From contig NW_024704783.1 of NCBI RefSeq assembly GCF_018977255.1, forward strand, positions 310,001 through 374,000: a stretch of 64,000 nt of DNA, given 5' to 3'. A program made the translations under genes and the position numbers. The stretch is from Callorhinchus milii (Eukaryota). A model generated the notes under the pieces. It made no database searches. It was not told where the DNA came from and was given only the letters and a program-made list of their open reading frames with translations. Below are positions 1 to 9,619 of this stretch, one piece after another (positions within the stretch are counted from its first letter, which is position 1; every line of letters starts with the position of its first letter).

Positions 1-649
1 CTCAGGACTTCAGTCTTCCAAAATCTTCATGGATTTAAATATTTAAATAATTTTAGCTTCTCGTTTTAGATCAACCACAATATTTGAATCTTATCCTCAT
101 CAATATAAAGCACCATTTTCATGATCTTTGTGAAACTACCCAAAACCCTCTCCGCAGCTCTCATGTCTTGTGTGCAATAAAGTGTCCAGATCCACGTGCA
201 GTACTCATTTCACAAGCCTGTTAAATGACAGTCGATTACCTTTGAGACAATGCAACGTTATTTTGAATGCTCTTCCGATACGCACTTTAATCGAATTATA
301 CCCCAAGTTTTCGCCGTAACAGAATAGTTCTGCTGTAAAACCTTCAGTGATAATGTTTACTAAATATACTTTCAATAAAGTTGTTTATCAAATTTCAACT
401 GCTTTTCCACCTTTCTGCCAACTCAGCAAAACAGTCTTTTATCTTATGGAATTCCACAGGTTATCCTTGAGTGTGTTCATTATCTCTATTAAGTCATCAA
501 CAACGCTTTTAATCAATGGCATTATTTATATTTCAAAATCGTTAATGTTGTTGAGGAGCAATAGAGCATCCAGCACAAACGTCTGTTTAATTCAACTAAA
601 TATATTGTTAATTGAGTGCAGCAGCATTCATCCCTGAGCGCTATTGAGT

Positions 650-1015
650 TCGTGAGGGGCTGTGTGGGTGTGGATCTGTGTGGGTGTGCGTGGGACTGGG
701 TGGAATTCAATGTATCTGAGTTTGTCTGCGCATGGGTGGCAGTGAGAGTGTGTGTGCCTGGGTGCATGATTATGTGTGTGTGAGTGTGTGGGGGTCTCTG
801 TAGAGGTGAGTGCGTGTGAGTATGAGTCTGGGTGGGACTGGGTGGAATTGAATGTGTCTGAGTGTGACTGGGCCTGGGTGGGAGTGAGTGTGTGTGGGTC
901 TGGGTGTATGAGTGTGTGTGTGTGGGGGGGGGGTCTGGATAGATGTGCGTGCGTGTGAGTGTAAGTGCATGTGAGTGTGTGTGAGTGGAAGCGGATGTGA
1001 GTGTGAATGAGTGTA
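650..1015. repeat. TG-rich low-complexity tract
   Basis: Degenerate (TG)n/(GTGA)n with internal repeats such as gtgggactgggtggaatt. Confidence 0.9.
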
Positions 1016-1506
1016 ATTTTTTTACAAGGTACATTTATGGCTAATCGCTTTTTGAAGTGAATATGTATTTGTATAGGAAGTTTAGCGATAAAGTCAATAG
1101 TTTTACATCCGAGATACTGCTACTTGTAGAATGCGATGTTATTTAGTGAAAACGAAAATATCCTGGAAGGGAACAAGTGTCGCTGACATTTGCAATTCTG
1201 AAGCTGCAAATAAAATCCAGACTGAGATTGGATTTTCTATGGTGATGTCGAATGATTTGTGAAAGCACTATTAACTTTTTGGGGGACTGTTGGGGTGGGG
1301 CGGTCTGGTGTTGGGGGATATCTGATGAGTATCTGACACATGTGGAAACCTATGACCACGCTTATGAGTATTCAAAACAAAATAATGGTGGTATTAACTT
1401 GGTGCTAACATCCGTTGAAACCAAAGGATGTACGTCCTCACTCTTCAGATTGCACTTAATTTGAAATCAATACCTCTGTTCCTGACTCATAGTTACAACA
1501 ATTATC

Positions 1507-1512
1507 TTTATT
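1507..1512 (-). promoter_or_regulatory. Poly(A) signal for the secretory IgM transcript
   Basis: AATAAA on the minus strand about 90 nt after the CH4/sec stop codon. Confidence 0.55.
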
Positions 1513-1601
1513 TGAGTAAATTTTTCCATGAAATCATACATGACAATGCAATGATACTGAGGCGGGTGCACAAAAGCATAAGCAAAATGTTATAGAGACA
1601 C

Positions 1602-1993
1602 TCACCGACACGCATTGAAGGTGTCCATCAGGACTAGGGCAATGTTCATCAGACTCGGTTTAACGCTGGAATTACTAACGGTTCTGGTCAGGGTCTTCAG
1701 TGGTAAGGTTTCATGTCCGACCACACAGGGGTAAGCGAGACCACTGTTCCACTCTCCGGCTGAGATGGACAACATGCTGTACATGGAGTAGTTGTGATCT
1801 GCTCTGTCTGCCATCACCTCAGTGTTCCGGTAGTTCTTGGCATCAATCAACTGCTCATTCACAGTCCACTGTACAACGATATCTCTGGGAGCGAAATCCT
1901 TCACCAGGTAGGTGAGGGTGAGAGTGTACGGAGCAGACAATTCCTCTGCCGAGGGGAAAAGGAGATACACCGACGGTTGTTTTGTGTCCTCAA
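1602..1993 (-). pseudogene. IGHM: IgM-type heavy-chain CH4 exon plus secretory tailpiece
   Basis: Acceptor ttttcttcccacag|TT GAG (phase 1) at 1993. Translation VEDTKQPSVYLLFPSAEELS...EWNSGLAYPCVVGHETLP...KPSLMNIALVLMDTFNACR* matches shark Cmu4 with the penultimate-Cys tail. The first domain Cys is Tyr (TAC, 1908-1910). Confidence 0.9.
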
Positions 1994-2484
1994 CTGTGGG
2001 AAGAAAACAAGCAAACCAGTACACTGTTGGTGTGAATCTGAGAAAAGTTTTTAAGCTCCAGACCCTGCAGGAAAATCTGAGAATAATGTGTGTATCGGTT
2101 CAGGCTGTGCTCAGTGGTTTGTAACTGCGGGTGTAATTGGGAACACTGGGGTGGATTGAAATCTCCCGACAGCACTTTATTATTTGCACCCAGTGACCAA
2201 CTGTTTAGATGTAGCTACCTTAACTCAATGAGAAAATATATAAATAGCCTCCAGGTGTAATGATTAGATATTACTTCGATATCATTTGTGTGAATGAAAA
2301 ACTTATCAAGCTATATCTCTCTGTTGTTTATTGGCCTACGTGCGAGGGAATAAATCTATCCATAATCAGGCAGAAAAAAACAGAAAACATATAATTGTTT
2401 TCACAATTGTATCTGGCCTCTTCAATCGGAAATTACAATAAATAGACTAATAAAGCATTTATTTCCTGAAACGTGGTTTCTCAA

Positions 2485-2796
2485 CTTTCCTCTTAATTGT
2501 CATTTCTTTGATTGGATTTGGCAGACCGTCATGGCTGGCAACACAGAAGAATTATTTCCCACTGTTCCAGTTTTGTGAAGAAATGATTAATTTACTGATC
2601 ACTTCCTGAGGCTCAGTGGCAGACGGTTTCCCATTTCCAGATTGTAAATGTGTATTTCCTTGTATCCAAGTCACGGTGACGTCAGGAGGTGCATTAACCA
2701 CTACACATGTCAGCGTTACAGAGGATTCCATCAAAACCTGTTGCTGTGAGGGTGGCAGGAAAGAGATCCTGACACTTCCAATGGAAAGCTCACAGT
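2485..2796 (-). pseudogene. IGHM: IgM-type CH3 exon with in-frame stop
   Basis: Acceptor ttttgcttttctag|AC at 2796. Reads VRISFLPPSQQQVLMESSVTLTCVVVNAP...VTW...ISKLIISSQNWNSGK*FFCVASHDGLPNP, with TAA at 2552-2554. The expected phase-1 donor reads G|TTGAG instead of G|GTGAG. Confidence 0.88.
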
Positions 2797-3451
2797 CTAG
2801 AAAAGCAAAAGAAATTGAAACACAAATGAAAACCAATTTCCAGGAACTCCTATTCAGCAAGCTAAACAATTTCGGATGAGCTGAACACAGAATGTTGTTT
2901 CTTAATGTAAGTATCAGTTTGTGTTGGAATAATCTATTGGAAATTTGAACAAGTCTTCCTGAAACATTGAGTGATAATCTGCTTATTGATCTGCAATTCC
3001 CTCCGACTGACAACCACTGAGGATTAAGCACATACATTGGATGAGCTGTAAATGTACATTTAATTGTATATATGTTCGGATTAATCCAAATTGTAGCTTT
3101 GATACCAGAATTTTTAGTGAAAGCAGATGTAGATTAAGAGTGTGGAATATGGGAATTTCCATCACAGTCACGTGATCCGGTGAGAGACGCGAGATCTACA
3201 ATTGAGTAGCAGATCAGAAACATGGTCTTCCTGGCCATCTCCTGTTATCATGGTGAGGATTGAGGCCCGATTTCCTCATGCTATACAGATGAATAAACTT
3301 TCGGTCAAAGTTCACATGTTTAATATTCCGTGTGAAATATCCAAAAGGGGTGTAAGTCAAATTGACGCTGCAGCTTTCACAAGTGGACATTTGAAAGGAT
3401 ACTCACAGGCATATTGTTGCCATGTGTATCACCTGTTTGCCTGTCTCCTAC

Positions 3452-3770
3452 CTGCGGACTTGGTGATGTTCTTGACAATGATGGTCTGGGTTCATGGGAC
3501 ACCTGGCAGTTGTAAACCACGACAGACCTCCACTCTCTGGCGGGGACAGTCAGGCGGCTGCTGGTGCTGAATGTCATATTGTTTCTTTAATTGAGGGAGA
3601 GGTCACAGTACCTGTGATGGGCTACCAATTCATCAGCCATTTAATACTTAGTTTGTCCGGATGGAAACCGGATACTAAGCAGACAGAAATGGCCAGTTTA
3701 TGCATTGTGATATATTCAGAGGAAGGCTGTGTGAGGATAACAACTGGGGGCGACGGTTTCGTCTGATTAT
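3452..3770 (-). pseudogene. IGHM: IgM-type CH2 exon with a stop and two frameshifts
   Basis: Acceptor tgtattgcag|AT at 3770 and donor GCA G|GTAGGA at 3452. Reads PPVVILTQPSSEYIT...SVCLVSGFHPDKLSIKWLMNW*PITG...SPSIKE/ /MTFSTSSRLTVPAREW...YNCQVSHEP/ /TIIVKNITKSA, which resembles shark Cmu2. Confidence 0.88.
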
Positions 3771-5487
3771 CTGCAATACATTAAATACGAGTGTACTTAG
3801 TTCGATTGGAGTATGTTTTGTTGCGTGAAATTGATATTAATTTTCAAACAGACATTGAACTCAGCCATGAAGTGACATCTTCTCTCTCATTGGCTTTTCT
3901 CTTTCATTCTTCCGAGTAAACAAATATTTTTAAAAAAAACCTTGCAATCCCCGCAATCATTTTGTCTTAACTATTATGCTAAACTCCAAAGTTGTGGAGT
4001 TAAAAATGCTGGTATTCTCGTTGCCCTGTTGGCTACAATTGAGCATTCCTCGGTCTTCACCAGGCATTGCTATCCCGTTCGTATCTGACCTGTATTACTT
4101 TTTCTGTTGCTACAAGAGTGTGTGTGTGTGTGCTTGTGTGTGTTTGTATGTGTGTGTGTGCACGCGTGTGTGTGTATGCATGTATGGACGCATGTATCTG
4201 TATATCTGCTGATGTATTTATTGAGATTTGAAACCGAGACCCCGTCTGCCTTCAGTTGGATGTTGAAGATCCCACGGCCTATTCGAAAACAGAAGGCAGA
4301 AGGCATTCGTAGTTACCTTTCTCTTTTTCCATTTTACTAGTTCCACTTCCCTCTCTCGCTTTCTCTCTCCCTTTTCCCGGTCAAAAATTCCCGAAATAAA
4401 ATTGACCGTTCTCTCTACGAAGGTTTGTGGGACATTGCCTGTCCTTGACATATATCAGAACTTTCTACTTCTCGTGGGTCACATTTCAGCTGCGAAATAG
4501 TCAAATAAATGCAGAGATTTATTCATTAAATAAATCTGTCCGAAATCTGGTGTCAGGGACGCTGTGTTGACTGAGAAGTAGATCAAAGTCACCACGTGAC
4601 CAGTTTAAGTTTAGACACAGCGACAATGTCTCTTTTCTTATAAAGTTAATTATCAACTGTTTCAGATTAAAATATTTGCTGTTCTTACAAGAGCAACTTC
4701 GTTTTGAGACTTATGTCTGCGTGCTATTTAGAAACGCAGCTGAAATTAAAACATTCTTTCTATTTTCAAAGGGTCTATTTTGTTTGCCAAAAAATATGTA
4801 TTTCACGGTTAATCAGATATCTGCATAATCTTAATTTTTTATCCAATCGTCTGAAAATTTAAAGCATGAGTCTTTCCGGCTTTGACATTTATTAAAACAA
4901 ATTGCTCTGTTCAGACTGATTATTGAATCGTCACAATCAGATGCGAAGCAGACAGCCGCTGTGTGGTGTTAAAATAGTACATTAATTATTGTATAATAAT
5001 AATATTTCGTGCATTTGATATAGCGCCTCAGCACGTCTTCCGGACATCTCAAAGCGCTTCTCAGAATACACTGTCAAGCGAGGTTACTATATTTTCTGTG
5101 CCACAAATATTTGTTTGTCTGTTGTACTGGAGAGCCCACAGAAATCGCCGTTTCAGTGTTTTATGTGAGGAATGAAGGATTGCAATCTCTGTTGTGACCA
5201 ACAGAAGCCACTCACAGGGAAATCTGTCTGATTTGTGATTGGGTTCCGCGGTACCAGCAGGAGCCACACAGCGCTAAAAGGAGTCACAGAAATATTCAAC
5301 ATTCATACTTCAGAATATAATAAAAATATTCCTTGCATTTCATATGGGGCCTTACCACATCCTAGAAACGTCTCGAAATGCTCCACAGAATATACTGTAC
5401 AGGAAATTCACGGTATTTTTGTCGGTGAAAAGGGCTTCCGATTGCATAGGGCAGTTCCCACAAACAGTAGTGGATTGAGTGACCAAT

Positions 5488-5518
<31 letters not shown>

Positions 5519-5799
5519 CTTGAAGAGATTAATAACCACAGAAAAGCAGTCGGTTAATTGCTCTAAACACTGAAATACAGGACACTCAATAAGGATAACT
5601 CTCTACTTTGTTTCACAGCCTGTATTATTCTGAATTGTATTAGATTTTTTGGCTGAGAGTTAAATGCCCAGTGGTCATGTTGTATTCATGTCTCACAGAC
5701 TGACAGACAGAGGCAGGTGCTATAAACACTGAACAATAAACGGTCCTGGTATCCTTGGCTCTGTTTCCCATTCTCGCGGCCACCGTCTTGTCAGCTATA

Positions 5800-6085
5800 A
5801 ATAAATAATAATAATAATAATAATAATAATCCTTGCATTTGATATAGCGCTTTTCACGTCGGGAGGACGTCCCAAAGCGCTTCACAGAACATACTGCAAA
5901 GTGAATTGACTGTATATTTGTGGGCGAACGCGGCAGCCAATTGCGCACAGCAATGTCCCACAACCAGTCGTAGATTGAAAATGACCAATTAATTATTGTT
6001 TTTGGTTTTTGAAGGGATTATTATTAGGCTCCGTGTGGAGTAAGGAAACTTGCCCAAGGTTTCGCCCTGCCTGGAATTGAATAAA
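5800..6085 (-). mobile_element. tRNA-derived Deu-type SINE (near full length); further decayed copies at about 4990-5570
   Basis: (AAT)n tail, ccttgcatttgatatagcgcttttcacgtc, gcggcagccaattgcgcacagcaatgtcccac and ggaaacttgcccaagg, all shared with many copies in the window. Confidence 0.85.
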
Positions 6086-6771
6086 ATAATGATAAAACTA
6101 GATACTTCATTCACTTCTGAGATCCGAATCCTGAATTAAAAATAAACACTGGCAGACCATTTAAGATTTCGCAGAAGTGTATAAAATTCTTAAATTTACT
6201 TTGAATTTGGAATCGGGTTCTTTGTTAAGATCTCGGGAAAACCGGTTTCAGAAATCATACTTAATATAACAATTATTCAGAAGTGGATTTCTCGATCTCT
6301 GCTAAGATCATTATAAAACAAACCTTCACCTTGCTCATTCCTACCCGTGGGACCCTGTATTAAACATGAACCCAACTCCCAGCCGCTCTGCACCCACACA
6401 AACATCCCGCTTCAGCCATTTGCTGTTGCACTGCTCAAAGCTATTTAATCAGGTCTCACACAATGTTCAAGACTCGATCCTTTCATCTCCATCAGAAAAT
6501 ATCTTTCCATCCATTAATCAAGAAGTGAATTAGTATTCTTTTCTCTCAGCCTGAAGTTCCCAGTAACTGCATAATCAGCTCACACACTGTTCTTCCACAT
6601 CACACGTGAAGCATTGTACATTGTGTAATGTATCTCACAGTCACAATTCCCTGCAGCACAAAACTTTACAAAGAATAACTAAATAATATGTTACAGTAAA
6701 ATAAGTAACTTCGTCCTTTCAGCCTCTTCACTGCAGTGTCGCCGTGTGCTAAACATCCCATGAACTATAGG

Positions 6772-7016
6772 ATCTCTTAAAACACAGCAAATGTATTCAA
6801 ATTTTATCAAATGTTTAATGGACAAATCTATGTTTTTCTGCGGACTAGTTATCGAAAAACAGGAAGCTGATGTTAGTAGATCAACAATTGTGCCTCTAAC
6901 ACGGCGTGAAATCGAAGCGATGTTCACTAAATCGCTGTTAACACTGAAATGAAGCCTGAGCTCAAACTGTTGCTCACTGATCGTTACTGCTGTGTGGGGC
7001 AGTTGGTGAAAAGAGA
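6772..7016 (-). pseudogene. Possible degenerate Ig-fold exon immediately after J (V-like, or a divergent C domain)
   Basis: Phase-1 acceptor tttgctcacag|TC at 7016. Open frame SFHQLPHTAVTISEQQFELRLHFSVNSDLVNIASISRRVRG...CFSIT...KNIDLSIKHL...EYICCVLRD has Ig-like strand patterning, but the first Cys and the Trp are absent. Confidence 0.3.
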
Positions 7017-7118
7017 CTGTGAGCAAATCATTAATGTTAACACTGACAGAAATAAAACCGTTCACTCCCTGGTGATTGAGCTGCTTTAGTTTCAATCACA
7101 TCGTAGCAAAACAAGTCC

Positions 7119-7171
7119 GCTTTACTGTCAGACTCAACCCCTTTCCCAGAACAGCCACTTTAAATCGCAGC
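7119..7171 (-). pseudogene. J-like segment (degenerate)
   Basis: ttctgggaaaggggttgagtctgacagtaaag would read FWGKGLSLTVK if one G were restored. It lies about 410 nt downstream of the last D, matching the D-D spacing. The RSS and splice donor are degenerate. Confidence 0.5.
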
Positions 7172-7559
7172 CACGTTCCTGATATTAAACAACGGAATGA
7201 AATACATGATGGAATCTATCAGATAACCTTCACTTCATTCATCCCACGACATTCAGACCCTTACTTCCAACGTCCAGCATAGTTTCGAACACTTTATACA
7301 ATTCCTGTTAACATTATAGCCGAAACCCAGCAGCCGACAGTCAAATATCAAAAGATCACAAACAATTAATTAACTATTTCGTTAATAATCCATAAACAAA
7401 CAGTGGCTGTAGGAAGGAATAAAAGCTAAACTACTTTAGCATGGATTAAACTGTTGGATACGCCAGCAACGCGGAGTTCATTACATTAAATAGCTGTTAA
7501 ACTGAACAAATCAAATATATAAATAGACAGGTTCAGTGTAGTGAGTGAGTTCGTATCTG

Positions 7560-7645
7560 TTTCTTACAGTCAATCACCGTCACTGTGGTCGCAGTAGTCT
7601 GGTTTGTCACTGTGCTACAGTCAGTGCCTGCCCACTGCAATAACC
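7560..7645 (-). other. D segment 4 (coding 7588-7607) with flanking RSS
   Basis: Plus strand: CACTGTG 7581-7587 with a weak nonamer at 12-nt spacing. Then 20 nt coding, CACTGTG 7608-7614, a 22-nt spacer, and GCAATAACC 7637-7645. Confidence 0.7.
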
Positions 7646-7970
7646 TGCTGTGAGGGCAGAACACAAAATACAATATTTCTGTAAATATGGACTTCCCAAA
7701 TCCACGATATATTTCTGCAATTTTCTGGAGACGATTTCACAAGGTCTGTGTTTACCTCTTCAATGCTTGTTTCTTTGACAGCTTACAGTGTTCCTGTCAA
7801 ACACCTTTCTTGTCAAGAGCAGATCGACGGACAAATGTAATGTTTCAGGTCTATTCAAATCAGGTAAAATCCTCAGCATTCAACAGCTTTTAAAAATGCC
7901 TAATCCCCGCAACTTCAGTGGAAATCACACAAGGGAGAAGTCAGAGAGATTATCTGGTTTGGTGTTGAAG

Positions 7971-8046
7971 AGTTCTTGCATTGCCAGTTAACGCCGTGGT
8001 TCTCTTGTCACAGTGCTACAGTCAGTGGCGGCCCACTGCAAAAACC
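7971..8046 (-). other. D segment 3 (coding 7999-8008) with 22- and 12-RSS
   Basis: AGTTCTTGC 7971-7979, 12 nt, CGCCGTG 7992-7998, coding. Then CACAGTG 8009-8015, 22 nt, GCAAAAACC 8038-8046. Confidence 0.8.
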
Positions 8047-8383
8047 TTTTGTGCGGGCAGGGCACACGAATACAATATTACGCTAAATGTTGGTTTCCTC
8101 AAACCAAACACAGCGCGCAATATATATCTGTAATTTTCTAAAACAATTGCTTGGCTCTGTGTTTACTTTATAAATGTTTGTACTTTTGCCATTTTGCAGT
8201 GTTCGTTTTGAGCACTTTTTCTTGTCATCAGCAGATTGAAGAAAAAATATGATGTTTTAAGCCTATTAAAATCAGGCAACTTCCTCAGCGGTCGGCACTA
8301 TTTTACACATACCATTTCCCCGCATATTTAGAGGAACCCACATAAGTGAGTTGTGTGAGATATTAGCTGGTTTGGTGTTGAAG

Positions 8384-8428
8384 GGTTTTGGTATTGACAG
8401 TTCATTCTGTGGTCGCTGTTGCACAGTG
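8384..8428 (-). other. D segment 2 (coding 8412-8421); upstream RSS interrupted by a retroposon tail
   Basis: GGTTTTGGT 8384-8392, 12 nt, TTCTGTG 8405-8411, coding. Then CACAGTG 8422-8428, followed within its spacer by an L2/SINE 3' tail. Confidence 0.7.
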
Positions 8429-8837
8429 ATACAGAACAAAAATAACAACAACCAGATTCCATTTATAAAGCGCCTTTCACGTCAGGAGGACGTCACAATA
8501 TGACATACACAATATGACACAAACTCCTGCTCAGGATGTACCAACAAATATTCATCTGTAATAGCAGAGGAACACTGGACCTCAGTTCACATTCTCCAGT
8601 GAGACCTCCTATGACTTTTCCGTCCAAATAAATTCTTATATTCATCATTGGCCTTGGATTTATGTTAAAGTATCTCATCAAACCTCAAACTTGTTTATCA
8701 ACATCATGCAATCTAAATTAATCTCAATTTATCTGCTATTTACCAGTTTGTTTCTGAGAATAATCCAGTTTGAGTAACACTTATTTCGGTGCTTTGGATT
8801 TTGTAGTGATGTAAGGGATTAGCAGTCTGAGTGCCTA

Positions 8838-8918
8838 GGTTTTTGTGTCTGAGGATGTAGCTGTATGGGTCAGCGTGGCTCGTTGTTTTGCACAGTGACA
8901 CAGTCCCATACAAATACT
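8838..8918 (-). other. D segment 1 (coding 8878-8890) with 12- and 24-nt-spacer RSS
   Basis: Perfect GGTTTTTGT 8838-8846, 24 nt, CAGCGTG 8871-8877, coding. Then CACAGTG 8891-8897, 12 nt, ACAAATACT 8910-8918. Confidence 0.8.
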
Positions 8919-9134
8919 GACCACCGATATCTGCTCAATACAGGCTGCCAAAAGTTATTGAAAATGCTTATTCCCCTCTGACATGATATAGAGTCTATCT
9001 AATAATTTCATCATTTCCACAGAAACAAAAAACAGATATTTCCAACAGCGTGTACGAAGATGATGTATGTGAATCGTCGCATAGAGAGCCTCCAATCGCA
9101 ATCCTTCCAACCTCAACAGCAAAGCGTCACTGAC

Positions 9135-9394
9135 CATCTGCATTCGCAGAATATTACAGCTCAAAAAATCTCATTCTCCCAATCAAACCACGTTTCACTG
9201 CGTTGCTCTGGTGTGATATTAAACTTGTCTTAAGCTTTTCCTTTAATCTCCGTTACAGGCACTGCATTGACATCACGGCTGTGCCAGTTTAGGTAGGGAA
9301 GGTCTATCTTTCCCCCCTTGTGTATTTGTAGGAGTTCAACCCCGATTTCGCGTACTGTGAGTTTCACTTGACAGCACCAAATCGGCCTGGACAA
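9135..9394 (-). pseudogene. Degenerate short V exon
   Basis: Acceptor tttatgctttacag|TT GTC CAG GCC GAT TTG GTG CTG (VQADLVL). After a 2-nt deletion the frame continues QVKLTVREIGVELLQIHK...YLNWHSR...K A*DKFNIT...F*AVIFCECR. gctgtaatattctgc resembles GCT GTA TAT TAC TGC. No intact 3' RSS. Confidence 0.55.
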
Positions 9395-9509
9395 CTGTAA
9401 AGCATAAATAGCGAAGATGAATTATTGTGAAATCGAGTGCCTCGGAGACAAAACAGAGAGAATAATACCCACAGAGGCACACTGATTCTGTTAGGAAAAT
9501 AGACTTTAC

Positions 9510-9555
9510 AGGTGAATACAGCCAGCAGCAGATTGAGAGAAATCGGGGAGCTCAT
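9510..9555 (-). pseudogene. Ig heavy-chain-type leader exon
   Basis: 46-nt exon MSSPISLNLLLAVFT with phase-1 donor T|GTAAAG and a 115-nt intron to the V acceptor. Resembles the shark VH leader MRSAISLSLLL. Confidence 0.85.
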
Positions 9556-9619
9556 GTTTCTGGGCTCTTGTCAGAACTGAGACTTGTGCCGAATAACCGA
9601 GGGAAGAACTGCAGCCGGA

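Noticed and set aside
1-640. Possible decayed transposase (VRIGRAFKITLHCLK resembles a Harbinger-type motif)
   Set aside because: It is a single weak motif with many stops and no further support.
522-1034. 170-aa His/Thr-rich ORF and overlapping ORFs
   Set aside because: These are translations of TG-rich low-complexity DNA.
1-1600. IgM transmembrane exon
   Set aside because: No WTTASTF/CART-like sequence was found; it may lie outside the window.
4555-4625. CGCTGTG...CACAGCG heptamer-like pair
   Set aside because: There is no nonamer at 12- or 22/23-nt spacing on either side.
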